Source: Octopus sinensis
Lineage: Eukaryota
Length of the DNA stretch: 64,000 bases
Assembly: GCF_006345805.1 (NCBI RefSeq)
Contig: NC_043000.1
Span: forward strand, 136,586,001 to 136,650,000
Direction: 5' to 3'
Shown: positions 51,710 through 64,000 of the stretch, in pieces
Layout: the number at the start of each line of letters is the position of its first letter
How positions within the stretch are numbered: position 1 is the first letter of the stretch
The notes under the pieces: model-generated
The model's database searches: none
Seen by the model: the letters and a program-made list of their open reading frames with translations, nothing else
What the model was told of the DNA's origin: nothing
Position numbers and translations under genes: made by a program

Positions 51710-51950
51710 AGCTGGTTTCCCGGTTTCCTTGGCATATAGGTTCCCTACGTGGATGGGATGCTGGTCTGTCACAGGTGACCTGCAAGATGCAGGAGGAAAG
51801 AGTGAGAGAAAGTTGTGGCAAAAGAGTCAGCAGAAGTTCACCATTTCCTTCTGCTAGATCATAAACGCACACATCGCCCAGTCTGAGATTTGAACCTGTG
51901 ATCCCACAACCGCAAGTCCACTGCTCTAACCACTAGGCCATGTGCCTCCA
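51710..51950 (-). mobile_element. tRNA-derived SINE family C
   Basis: Homologous to 46446-46756 with an internal deletion. Confidence 0.88.
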
Positions 51951-52111
51951 TGACAATGAACTATTCTCTACTCATGGTACAATACACCACAGGCAAACAA
52001 CTATCTTATTATATAAATATTGTAATACGCTTCAGTAAAAAACAAAAAGTTGATTAAACAACAGTGGAGTTTGTTCTAATATGGGACAACTTACAGCCAA
52101 AATGTCATATC

Positions 52112-52420
52112 AGTTTCACCATTGTGAGACAGGTCAGTTTATCCTACTGATGCATCGCACATACACGGTGCTCAAGTCACATTGGGGATTTGGTACATGG
52201 TAGTGGCAGTGTGCTTGCACATTGCACATCGCTGCTGCCAATGCTTCTGCTGACCTTAGGCTGGCACCAGCAATGTCAATTCAGTTATGGCTATCCTGTC
52301 CAGTATGAGAAAAACTGCAAGATCAGAGCAACGGTTTGCATGTTTGCTCAACAGAGCAGTGGTGCCAGGCTGCCTCTGAGCAATAACGGGTGAACATGTC
52401 TAAGCCAGAACCATAGCTGG
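52112..52420 (+). pseudogene. 28S rRNA 3'-region pseudogene fragment
   Basis: gtgagacaggtcagtttatcctactgatg and atcctgtccagtatgagaaaaactgc (sarcin-ricin loop AGTACGAGAGGAAC, decayed) through tgaacatgtctaagccagaa match the eukaryotic LSU consensus in order. Confidence 0.88.
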
Positions 52421-52554
52421 ACCCGAGTTGCTCGTCAAAAGCACCTCAACCTCAAGGCAAGAGAAAGAAAGAAAAAGTAACACTGGGGGAGGTCCAGCAT
52501 GGCTGCAATCTCAAGGTTGAAACATGTAAAAGAATAAAAGAATATGTATCTACA

Positions 52555-52845
52555 TATAAAAAGCACCATCCGAACGTGGCCAATGCCAGCGCCACCTTGG
52601 CTGGCTTCCGTGCCGGTGACACGTTAAAAGCGCCAACCGATCGTGGTCAATGCCAGACTCCCCTGGCACCTGTGCAGGTGGCATGTAAAAAGCAACCACT
52701 ACGCTCGTGGAGTGGTTGGCGTTAGGAAGGGCATCCAGCTGTAGAAACACTGCCAGATCAGACTGGAGCCTGGTGCGGCCCCTGGCTTCCCAGACCCCAG
52801 TCGAACCGTTCAACCCGTGCTAGCGTGGAAAACGGACATTAAATG

Positions 52846-52877
<32 letters not shown>

Positions 52878-52885
52878 GATGATGT
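52555..52885 (+). mobile_element. SINE-like family B
   Basis: Three subunits plus tail and (gat)n. Confidence 0.92.
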
Positions 52886-53472
52886 CATATATATATGTAC
52901 AATATGCATTTAACTTTCAAGGCAAATTTGGGTAAGTGCTTGGTTTCGTACTTGTAGAAATCTTGCAACTATCTGTGCAAATATGATCCAAGAGAAATCA
53001 TACCAGAATATCTGATGCTAATACAGTTTTAAAGCAAACGAGTTACGCTTCTTGTTTACAGATTCAACAGTATGTATTCCCCTAATGGAATAAAAACAAA
53101 TGAACCATGAGCTAGTAACAATATTCAGGTTATACTTATCAGCAGCTTCATAAATGTTGAAGCAATTTAAAATCCAAGTTTATCCAATCAGAAGCAAAGG
53201 ATTAAAAATATAAAGTATCTATATGTGCTTCTTTTCTACAAATATCAAAGAATATTAACATCGGGTCAGGCAGTTATGATAATAAAGTTAGTTAAACCCA
53301 GGAATAGCGAAGCAAATATGGAGTTGGAAAATTATATATTGAAAACTGCAAAGGACTCAAAATAAGCTCGTTAGGAGATGTGAGGAAATGAAAAGTAAAT
53401 ACATCACACTAGATCAAACTGGTAGATAGCCATGTTTGCTTATCTAAATGGTTTAAAAGAAAAGTAATTCCT

Positions 53473-53535
<63 letters not shown>

Positions 53536-54164
53536 ACATATCCATCATTTACTAGCTGCATATTAGCCCATGTCTCTTTCACTTTCTCTCTCCCTCTCTC
53601 TTCCCCTCTCTCACTCTCTTCTCTTTCTCCATCCTCTCCTCCTTCTCTTTCTTTGTACTTAGTATCTATCTATGTCTATATATCTATCTGTCTTTATCCT
53701 TTCCCCCCCCCCCTCTATCTCACTCTTCATATGCGAATGCATATGTTTACATGTATATGAGCTTATTCAAGTCACTGGAAATTTATGCATCTTCCTTTGC
53801 AGGCAGGTTTTGTGTTTTGTGTTATTGTTTCCATATCCTGAAAGCCATTGAGATATGCTTCAATATTTTATTGGTCCCAAATCCTTTAATACTATAAATC
53901 ACATGAATCTCCAGGATTTTGTCTTGGTAGAACTGACTCCTCACATGAGCTGCATAGTTTTCTTTCGATTTATCCTCCAAAACAAAAAGGCAACCTACCA
54001 GTCAGTTGCGGCATGTAATCATGTAAGGTGCTTTGACGAAGAAACTTTTAATCCCATCAAGGTTGTACCAGATGAAGATACTTCATCCACCCAATGTTGA
54101 TTAAATAAATACCACTCAAGTAAGGGTGTCCATTTAATCATCTATCCCATCTTCCCTTTGAATC

Positions 54165-54483
54165 TGTGCTGGCTCAGTGGTTAGAGCATCGAGCTTACGA
54201 TTGTGAGGTTGTGAGTTCAAATCCCGTGTTTTATTCTTGAGCAAGACACTTTATTTCATGTTGCTCCAGTTCACTCACCTGTAGAAATGAGTTGCGATGT
54301 CACAGGTGCCAAGCTGTATCAGCCTTTGCCTTTCCCTTGGATAACACTGGTGGCATGAAGAGGGGAGGCTGGTATGCATGGGCAACTGCTGGTCTTCTAT
54401 AAACAACCTTTCCCGGACTTGTGCCTGGGAGGGTAACTTTCTAGGTGCAATCCCACAGTCAGTCATGACCGAAGGGGGTCTCA
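54165..54483 (+). mobile_element. tRNA-derived SINE family E
   Basis: tggctcagtggttagagc A box, gagttcaaatccc B box, ttgagcaagacacttt CORE-like box, distinct body. Confidence 0.8.
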
Positions 54484-54676
54484 GAGATATAAGACTATAT
54501 GTGTCTTTATAGATAAGACTATTTTAAACAATTCATTAGTAGGATAGTGAGATACCAGAAATGGTAGCATCCAAGAACAGGTTTCAGTTATGTTGCTTTA
54601 TATTCTGAGTGCAAATCTTACAATAGCTAAGGGTTATCACTAAAAAGATGATAACATAGGTTTCTGTATCAAAATA

Positions 54677-55067
54677 CAAGCAGTATTGCCCAGCATTGCT
54701 CGGGTTTGTTTCGGCTCTTTAGAATTGGAATTTTTGTATAAAAATTCTGCATTATGTAGCTGTTATTCTCTTTAAGTTAACACTTTTCTGGTTGAAATAC
54801 ACCAAAAAATGGCGACACAGCAGTCAAAAGATTGTAAAAAATAGGGAATTTCATAGAAAAAAGCACCTTTTTGATGTAAATAATTTTTGGTGTTAACGTG
54901 GTCCAATTTGAATTTTTGCTTCTACAGAAGGAAGAGAAAGCCTTCTTCAATCATACTCTCAATTTTGGTTGACTTGTGCTGCAGGGTCTCGGAGGAGATA
55001 GTGTTAGTTGAAAGCCATCAAACCTGCCATACACAGACAACTTCAGCTTTATATATATAGAGAGAGA
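54677..55067 (-). mobile_element. Non-autonomous Helitron (same family as 47241-47618)
   Basis: Reverse-complement match along the whole length; hairpin cccgagcaatgctggg, end CTTG|T. Confidence 0.92.
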
Positions 55068-55266
55068 TTACTCCTGTAACAAAATATTTCTCCTGAAATT
55101 TACAAAGGTGAAACAACTCAGAGTAAAAGTGAAGGATTCAGCTACATCTATATTTTGCCAACATACACTAGATAAACATGATGCTTTTAATCTACAGATT
55201 CAGCACAGATATCATATCTACATAGTCTTATGATACAATACTAAGACAGGAAATTTCTGTGTCAAA

Positions 55267-55662
55267 TTAGGCGCAGGAGTGGCTGTGTGGTAAGTAGCTT
55301 GCTAACCAACCACATGGTTCCGCGTTCAGTCCCACTGCGTGGCACCTTGGGCAAGTGTCTTCTGCTATAGCCCCGGGCCGACCAATGCCTTGTGAGTGGA
55401 TTTGGTAGATGTCGTATATATGTATATATATATGTGTGTGCGTGTATGTTTGTGTGTCTGTGTTTGTCCACCTAGCATTGCTTGACAACCAATGCTGGTG
55501 TGTTTACGTCCCCGTTACTTAGCGGTTCGGCAAAAGAGACCGATAGAATAAGTACTGGGCTTACAAAAGAATAAGTCCCGGGGTCGAGTTGCTCGATTAA
55601 AGGCGGTGCTCCAGCATGGCCGCAGTCAAATGACTGAAACATGTAAAAGAGTAAAGAGAGTA
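55267..55662 (+). mobile_element. SINE family A, young
   Basis: Full head-to-tail match to other copies. Confidence 0.93.
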
Positions 55663-56179
55663 AAATGTTGCTCCTGTAACAGTTCTAATTGCAGAAAACT
55701 TATTTTGTCCAATGATACCCACAGATAAAAAAAAAAAGAGTATTTATTGATAACACTAGCATGAAGGTAGATCAGTAGCTGGCGTTGAACAACAGCAGTG
55801 ACAAAAAGTATGTTGTCTATCATAAAGAAAGCTATTATAGATAACATGAGGGTGGTGATGGCAGTATCAGTAGCACGGCTGGCAAAATGCTATGCTTAGT
55901 GAATTTAGTTGTCTCTACATTCTTAGTTCAAATCTCACCAAAGTCAGCTTTGCATTTCAAATACAAGCTGAAATCCTCCCTGATATTAAGATGTAATTAT
56001 TACTGGCAACAATTAGGATGGATTCATTAGAGCATTGGAAATACTATGCCTGGAATACCTTGTGTTACTTACAAAGCAATATTCTCAGAGTGTATAAAAG
56101 AGAGAAAGAAAGGTTTGAAAATATTCTCCAAATAGAAGATGGAATATTCCCTTTATATGGTATAACGAGAGATAATGAT

Positions 56180-57100
56180 TGTCTCAAATTTTGGCACAAG
56201 GCCAGTTGTTTTAAGGAGAGGGGGTTAGTTGATTACATTGTCTACAGTACTTGACTGGTACTTTATCTTATCAACCACAGGGGGATGAAAAGCAAGAAGT
56301 TGACAGTGGTGGTATTTGAACTTTAAGCATAATGGACAAGAATAAATAGGGCAAAACATTTTAACCAAGTTACCAATGATTCCACCAAGCTCACTACCTG
56401 ATAGGTACAATAATAAAATAGCCAAGACCAGTATATAGTGTGATAAGAATAATTTTGTGAGCTGGCAGAACCGTTAGCATGCCGGACGAAATGCTTAGCG
56501 GTATTTCGTCTGCCGTTACGTTCTGAGTTCAAATTCTGCTGAGGTCGATTTTGCTTTTCATCCTTTCAGGGTCGATTAAATAAGTACCAGTTATGCACTG
56601 GGGTCGATATAATCGACTTAATCCGTTTGTCTGTCCTTGTTTGTTCCCTTTGTGTTTAGCCCCTTGTGAGGAGTAAAGAAATAAGAATAGGTTTGGTAGT
56701 GTGATGTTTGTAAATGGCAGAAATAATAGGAATTATCTAAAAAGTTTCAGATAAATCTCTGATGAAATAATGGCAATAATAAAGTCATGGTATGGAGACA
56801 GTGATTTGGTAGAACTGTTAGCATGATGGGTGAATGTTTAGTGGCATTTCATTCATCCTTACTCTTTGAGTTCAAATTCCACTGAGGCCGGCTTTTCCTT
56901 TTATCCTTTCAGGGCTGATAACCTGGGGTTGACCACTGGGTAGATGTAATCAATTTGCCCCTTCCCCGAGCTTGCTGGCCTTGTGCCAAAATTTGAAACC
57001 AATGTTAAAGTCATGGTAAAGTGGTGAACTGGCAGAATTGTTAACGCACCAGGCAAACTGCATGGTGGCTTTTTGTTTGTTTCTACATTCTGAGTTCAAT
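56180..57100. mobile_element. Cluster of N-type SINEs (old minus 56180-56400; young plus 56457-56685; old plus 56793-57005; partial 57020-57100)
   Basis: Nin-like cores and heads; TSD taaagtcatggta at 56780 and 57006. Confidence 0.85.
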
Positions 57101-57652
57101 GGAGCTGAGTCAGTGACCAGATTGTAAACATGTGACAAAACTAGAGTTGTGTGTTTTCCCTACTATGTGTTTTCGAATCTAAAATGACCTTTCTAAGATG
57201 TCATTTTTTTTTTAGTTTCAACACTCAATAAATATCTAAAATCCAAACAGAATCACTCACCATTCTACTTTTTTTTAGATAATTTTACTTAATTTAAATT
57301 CTGAGATTGCCTCTCCTGACTTTCTTGACCTAAGTTAGTCGAAAAGATAATCATAGGTTCTTCTCAATATAGGTGAAGTTTTAATTACTTAAATTCAGTT
57401 AGTACTCACATTATCAGAAGTGTTATTGTAAATTCTTTTAAAAACAATGTAATTTTTCAAATAGGAAAATGGTGCTCTTTTTAAAAGTTACTTAAAGAAA
57501 TGAATGTACACACATGCACAATACATGCATATCTGTTCACACATATTCTTACTTTTAAAAATAATCTCAACAACTTTGCGACACTATCAATCAAAATCAA
57601 TCTTATTACTCAATTGACAGTAAAAACAATGATAAAGAGTCAATATATACTT

Positions 57653-57697
<45 letters not shown>

Positions 57698-59167
57698 TCA
57701 CACATACATATACTAACTCATACAAACATACAGTCATACACGTAAATACATTTCCAAGATTTAGGCATTTCTAAGAATTTAATAGCAATTTGTATTGGCA
57801 AAATTTGAAAATAGCACTAAATACAGACATTAAAAACAGGCGTTAAATTTACTTTTTCCTTTTAATTTCAGCATCTGAGGGTGTGTATACGTGTGTGTAT
57901 GTGTGTGTGTGTGTATGTGTGTGTGTGTATGAAAAAGAGTGAGAGAGAGGGAGAGAGAGAGAGAGTAGGAGAACATGTTTTGTGTATGAGAGTGTTCCTA
58001 TGTTGCTTCAAAACATTTTGGATAATGAACTGGAATGTGAACCAGCAATTAATAATAACCAAAATTCTATCATCACACTAGCTAAAAATAATCCTTCCAG
58101 ATTCCAACAAACATATTCAACTTTGATTGCAAAGAAAATGAAAAATGTCATTTATTTATTTCGTTTAATTTAGACCTTTTCCTTTTTATATCATCATCAT
58201 CATCACCATCATAAAAAGAAATGAACAATAAAATTGTGACTAAGAAACAAAAATTGAAATTTAAAGACGTTTTTAAAGAAAAATCAACAGAGACAAATCC
58301 AGAAAATATAATAAAAATTTTAGAATGTGTATACAGCATGACATAAATTGCCTTTTAAAATATGAGGGCAAAATATAACTCCTATTTTAACGTCACTGTG
58401 AGAAAAATATATAAAGTATTTAAATAAAAAACAAATGAAGGAAACTGTTATGTCTTGACAAGAGAATTAAAAATTAGAGATTGAGTGGTATTTTATTGCC
58501 TGTTTTCGATAAACAAAAGCTGAAGTTAGTGAGGAGATATTTTGGTAGATTTGACAGAATCGCTGACGAGATCTGGTGACAGATTGGCAAAAGTGATTTC
58601 AAAGAGGAATTATTTCAGTTGGGTGAGTAAATAAGGGGGGTAGGAAATTAAATATAAAATAAACAAAATGAAATGTTGATGAAATAAAAAAAAAAATTAA
58701 AGAAAATGAAGCAACCATTTCTCATTTTTTGGTCATGGAGGGATTTTGAATTTTTTTGAAAAGGGAGAGAAATGAAAAGAAAACAATGGATATGACAGTA
58801 TTTTGCAAGACTAGTTTTTCATTATTTGCTTTTTTTATCTTTAGAAATAATTTTAACATTGATTACAAAATTGGTTTATGCATATGTTTATTAAGGAATT
58901 TTGTGTAAACTACCATAATGATTTCTCAAATTTGACTGCTTTAAAAATCTTTGTTGAGTATAACATGTTGGTTTGTTAGTTGATTGAAGTGCAAGTTCGT
59001 TGATGATTGTTATTATATTGATGATAACAACAATGCTAACGATAATGACACACTCATCAGTAATGATGAAGATAACGATGATGATACTTCAATTGGTGCT
59101 CATCATGATTTTCATAATAATTTATTTCATGACAATACCAACACAGATATCTAGGATTTCAATTTTT

Positions 59168-59500
59168 TCATCATCATCATCATCATCGTTTAACGTCCGT
59201 TTTCCATGCTAGCACGGATTGGACGGTTTGACTGGGATCTGGGAAGCCAGGAGGCTGCACCAGGCTCCAGTCTGATCTGGCAGTGTTTCTACAGCTGGAT
59301 GCCCTTCCTAATGCCAACCACACCGTGAGTGTAGTGGGTGCTTTTTACATGCTACCGGCACAGGTGCCAGAGAAGGCTGGCAGCGGCCATGATCAGATGG
59401 TGCTTTTTACATGCCACTGGCACAGAAGCCAGTCAAGGCGGCGCAGGCATCAACCACGTTTGGATGGTGCTTTTTATGTGCCATGGGCATGGGTATCACA
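59168..59500 (-). mobile_element. SINE-like family B
   Basis: (CAT)n tail and three subunits. Confidence 0.9.
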
Positions 59501-60057
59501 ACTACAATTTCCATTTGATATTTATTTTGATGTTGATGTACTTGACTCAATAGATCTCCTCAAGCACAGCAGGTCACCCTATGATCCAAGGTAAGCACAG
59601 CAGTGTTCTGGATAAATTCTCCAACAAAAGACATCCAAAATGTGTCTCTGGATATCTTCATTTCCGTTTTGTTGTACTATAATTTTGCTTTACTTATAAA
59701 TAACCATTTCTTTTTTGTTTAAGTTTTACAAAAAAATTGATCCAAAACAACAATATGATTGAATACTCATTATGTAGCTTCTGTGCATTTTCACCCATCT
59801 CTATATACTGATGCTGACAATTTACAGTATAACTCACATAAGTATTGTATTATTTCTATGGCTGTTCTCACATTTTGGTTTGACTTGATAATGATGCTTG
59901 GATTCTAGAATAGCTCTATATTGACATATCCATGTCTGCTGACAAAAAAAAAAAACAAGACATTCAGCTATAATATTTTAGACAATGTTCTTATCGACAT
60001 GCATGATTGAGAGTTCCACTGTGCGACACAGAGAACTTTGCTGCAATTTTGATTAAC

Positions 60058-60094
<37 letters not shown>

Positions 60095-60356
60095 CTTCAC
60101 ATTATCCAGATTTTAGCCTCTTCTTATATATTTCTTTATAAAACCTCTTCTCACATATTTCTTTGATTCTTATGGTTCTGGTCAAGGTAATGTGTATCTG
60201 TTTCAGATAATTTCATAAGCTATGGCCAATGAAGCATTCACTTTAGATATCACTTACTGAAGATAGCCATGAGGAGACTCTTTCTACACTATTTGTGCTT
60301 TCCAGAATTTCGTTTTTTTTTATTCACGCAAAGCATTCAACTCAATGAAACTTGTT

Positions 60357-60408
<52 letters not shown>

Positions 60409-60416
60409 TGTGTGTG

Positions 60417-60935
60417 CAGTTGGCACATAAAAAACTCCATTTGAGCATGGCCGTTGCCAGTACCTCCTGACTGGCCCTCATGCCAGTGACATGTTAAAGT
60501 ACCCACTACACTCCCGGAGTAGTTGGTGTTAGGAAGGGCATCCAGCTGTAGAAACTCTGTCATATCAGATTGGAGCCTGATGCAGCCATCTGGTTCATCA
60601 GTCCTCACTCAAATCATCCAACTCATGCTAGCATGGAAAGCGGATGTTAAATGATGATGATCATGATATATTGTAGTTGTGATACCCATGCCAGTGGCAT
60701 ATAAAAAGCACCATCCAAACATGGCTGATGCTAGCGCTGCCTTGACTGGCGATCATGCTGGTGAGATGTAAAAAGCACCCACTACACTCACAGAGTGGCT
60801 GGCGTTAGGAAGAGCATCCAGTTGTAGAAACACTGCCAGATCAGACTTGAGCCTGGTGCAGCTTCCTGGCTTCCCATACCCTGGTCGAACTGTTCAACCC
60901 ATGCTAGCATGGAAAACGGACATTAAACGATGATA
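60417..60935 (+). mobile_element. Two adjacent family B copies (60417-60665, 60685-60935)
   Basis: Each has two subunits plus a tail. Confidence 0.9.
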
Positions 60936-60950
60936 AGGAGGAGAAGGATG

Positions 60951-61019
<69 letters not shown>

Positions 61020-61561
61020 GACTTCTAAATATTTGTGGAGACCAAGATATTCAGCAGAATTTTTAAAGTTTTACAATTTTGTTAGGGTTGCTTAACAGAG
61101 TGAGTTAATAAGCTGGAAATATATTTTAATTTTATTATTACTTAATGAATAAAAGATTGCCACCCATAAGTCTGCCAGTTCAACATTATTTGTACTTGAT
61201 ACACTATACACATCATGCCTTTAGTTATGGTTTCGGAAGCTGAACCAAAGATAATGTAAATATTTATTTGGCAATTATATTTTTCTCTTGCTTTAATCAG
61301 TTATCTTCATAGTAAATAAAAAGGATGCACTCCGTTTTGAGGTTAAATTTTGAGATTAAATTCATTTGAGGTTCAGTAACTGAAACAGATTCTTGTCATG
61401 CATTGTTTATTGATTTGTAATATAGGTTCAAAACCACAGATGTGGGTAATATGGAATAGGCAATTAAACCGAACATACCCCTACATCACCTCCCACCCCA
61501 TCCAACAGTCAACTCCTGTTCATTGTGTATATTTGATAATCACAGAACTGGCTAAAACTTC

Positions 61562-61712
61562 ATCTTTTTCTTTTTGGCTAAGATCAAAGTATAGTATCTG
61601 TTCTTATCAGCTTAATATCTGATACGGTCCCTATTTGGGACCATCGATATTAAACTGATTTTTAGAATGGGGTTGGCCTGGTATAGCAGTACTTCCAGGA
61701 TTCAGCCCATCT
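61562..61712 (+). pseudogene. U2: U2 snRNA copy lacking stem-loop III
   Basis: ttttggctaagatcaaagtatagtatctgttcttatcagcttaatatctgata, Sm-like site atttttag, then directly SL IV gggttggcctggtatagcagtacttccaggattcagccc; altered 5' end. Confidence 0.93.
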
Positions 61713-61717
61713 AAGGA

Positions 61718-61892
61718 ATAGGTGCAGGAGCGGCTGTGTGGTAAGTAGCTTGCTTACCAACCACATGGTTCTGGATTCAGTCCCACTGTGTGGCACCTTG
61801 GGCAAGTGTCTTCTACTATAGCCTCGGGCCGACCAAAGCCTTGTGAGTGGATTTGGTAGATGGAAACTGAAAGAAGCCAGTTGTATATATGC

Positions 61893-61949
<57 letters not shown>

Positions 61950-62152
61950 TGTGTTTGTCCCCCCAACATCACTTGACAACCGATGCTGGTGTGTTTATGT
62001 CCCCATAACTTAGCGGTTTCGGCAAAAGTGACCAATAGAATAAGTACTAGGCTTATAAAGAATAAGTCCTGGGGTCGATTTGTTCGACTAAAGGCAGTGC
62101 TCCAGCATGGCCCCAGTCAAATGACTGAAACAAGTAAAAGAGTAAAAGAGTA
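61718..62152 (+). mobile_element. SINE family A
   Basis: Full head-to-tail match; starts about 5 bp after the U2 3' end. Confidence 0.93.
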
Positions 62153-62184
62153 TATCAAAAATAGTAATTCTGATTTTCCTGCAG

Positions 62185-62815
62185 CTTCACTCTTTTACTT
62201 GTAAATTCCTTGGGTTGCAGTCATGCTGAATCACCATCTTTGTATTGTTAATCAACCAAATTAGCCCCGGTATTTATTTCAAGCTTGCCAATTATTCTAT
62301 CATACACTTTTGCTAAACCACTAATTTACATGTAAGTAATCAAGCCAAAGCCAGTTGTCAATTAGTAGTGTTATATCGCAATACTACACAGTGGCTGTGT
62401 ATGCTACGAAATCCTCGTCACCACTGTTATGTCGCACGTTCGGATGCCTCTATTACTCAACTCGACTCTCTACTAATACCATACTCTATTCTAGTCTTAC
62501 TACTACTCTACTAACATCTAGGCTTCTCCCTCTATATCTATGTATTGGGCTAGCCTGCTTCATCGTTTGGGGTTGTCCACACAACAAGTGGGAAGACAAA
62601 CACAAACATGCACACACATATACACACATATACATATATGCATAAACATACATACACACACACACACACACACCCACCACACATATAATTAATGGGCTTC
62701 CCCACAGTTTCCATCTCTTTGATTTATTTATTCAAAAGGTTTTTATCAACCTGGGTTTAAAACAGAAGAAACTTATCTAAGGTGTAACACTGGGACTGAA
62801 TCCAAGACCATATAG
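62185..62815 (-). mobile_element. Old SINE family A interrupted by a solo LTR
   Basis: Decayed but colinear motifs gcagtcatgctg, gctaaaccactaa, aagacaaacacaaaca, tgggactgaatccaagaccat. Confidence 0.75.
62369..62586. mobile_element. Probable solo LTR (218 bp)
   Basis: TGTT...AACA termini; 5-bp TSD agtag/agtgg (one mismatch); removal restores the host SINE. Confidence 0.7.
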
Positions 62816-64000
62816 TTACGGAAAGAAATTCTCGGCCAGTCTGTCATACCAGTACATGTCAACATCTGTAATTTTAATGTCCACAGTTTTATTAGAATAT
62901 GTCATTCTAGTGACTATAGAGTTATGAAAATTGGCTGCTTTTGGAAACCCAGACTTGACATAATTTAGAAATTTAATGATCCCAGAAGTGTGAGGGTTGG
63001 CAATTTTCAATTAAGATCCAGTTCCAACAAATATGAAAAAATGCAACATTCAAATATTATTAGTCTCGGATGCGTCAGAATTGGTAATTTTGATGTTCTG
63101 AAAGTCATATTTTCTAATATTAATGACATCAAACCTGATCTTTTGATAATCTTTTATTCAAACAATTTTTAATTTTGAGAAGTGAAAAACTATTGAAATT
63201 TCAAATCTGATGATGTTGAGCTAATAGAACTTTACACTGACACCAATTAGGATTTATCAGAATCATCAGTTTTCATGATTTTTCAGAACAGTGTATTCTT
63301 GCTGGAATCTTTCATAACATGGAATAAGTTAGAATTTATAACTTCTGTACAACTAGGCTTTTAGAATTTGTAATTTTGTCCACTGATTTGTCGAAAATGT
63401 TAACTCTGGTATGTCAAGCATTTGAAATAACATCAAACATAGATTTTCAATTTTGATGACTCTAGAAGGTTTAGGAGTTAAAATGTTTATAATCGCAAAT
63501 TTGACAGAATTCTCAATATTCACTGAGACCACAAATATCTAATATTGCATTTTTTTTTATAAAGCATTAACGACATTAAATCTATTGAAGTGTGTAAGTC
63601 AATTACTCAGATTTTTTTGCTTGTATTTTTAGCCAATATAGACATACTAAAACAGGTGTATTTAATGTAATCTTGGTTTGTTAGAATTGTGAATTTTGAT
63701 AGTATACAACTGCCTGAATATTACATCACAATAATTTTATCATTTTGAGTATCTCTCAAACATTTTGATGTCTTCAACTTTGAATAAGCTGTTATTTCAG
63801 GAATTTGTAATTTTGAGGAATATAATATTGATAGAATTGTAATTATAGCTATTGAAAAATTTGTTGTTATTTTTATATCTAAGAAACAGTCATTGAGATC
63901 TGTCTGAATTGTTGATTTGTCTTGATGACAATATTGTGAAGTTTCGTGGCTAAACATAGCATTTATGAAATAATATAATTTTAATGTTTTGTAGCAGGCA

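Noticed and set aside
58559-58622. Possible small exon ending tgg|gtgagt; a similar weak terminal-exon candidate near 30099
   Set aside because: Weak support at one splice site and no recognisable peptide; cannot be supported without RNA data.

Overview
AT-rich, repeat-saturated animal DNA. The SINE families, microsatellite load and expanded 28S segment point to an octopod cephalopod (inference). I find no convincing intact host gene; the window looks intronic or intergenic, and nearly all ORF-track calls are microsatellite or SINE read-throughs or transposon remnants. Contents: decayed LINEs (RTE, CR1-clade, R4/Dong, a Tx1/L1-like tail), a Penelope GIY-YIG fragment, a mariner, Helitrons, a piggyBac-like MITE, a solo LTR, about 40 SINE copies from at least 5 families (labels A-E and N are mine), a U2 snRNA copy lacking stem-loop III, and a 28S rRNA fragment with a long expansion. 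Most notable: (1) five short type I hammerhead-ribozyme-like motifs from three sequence families, in small non-coding modules (a foldback pair, and modules inside (TA)n tracts), resembling Penelope-associated or retrozyme elements, all with some decay; (2) several retroelements each sitting inside a different microsatellite (TAA, TATC, TA); (3) a LINE-like 3' end that matches the tail of the Nin-type SINE. All alignments and folds were done by eye, and boundaries of old elements are approximate.
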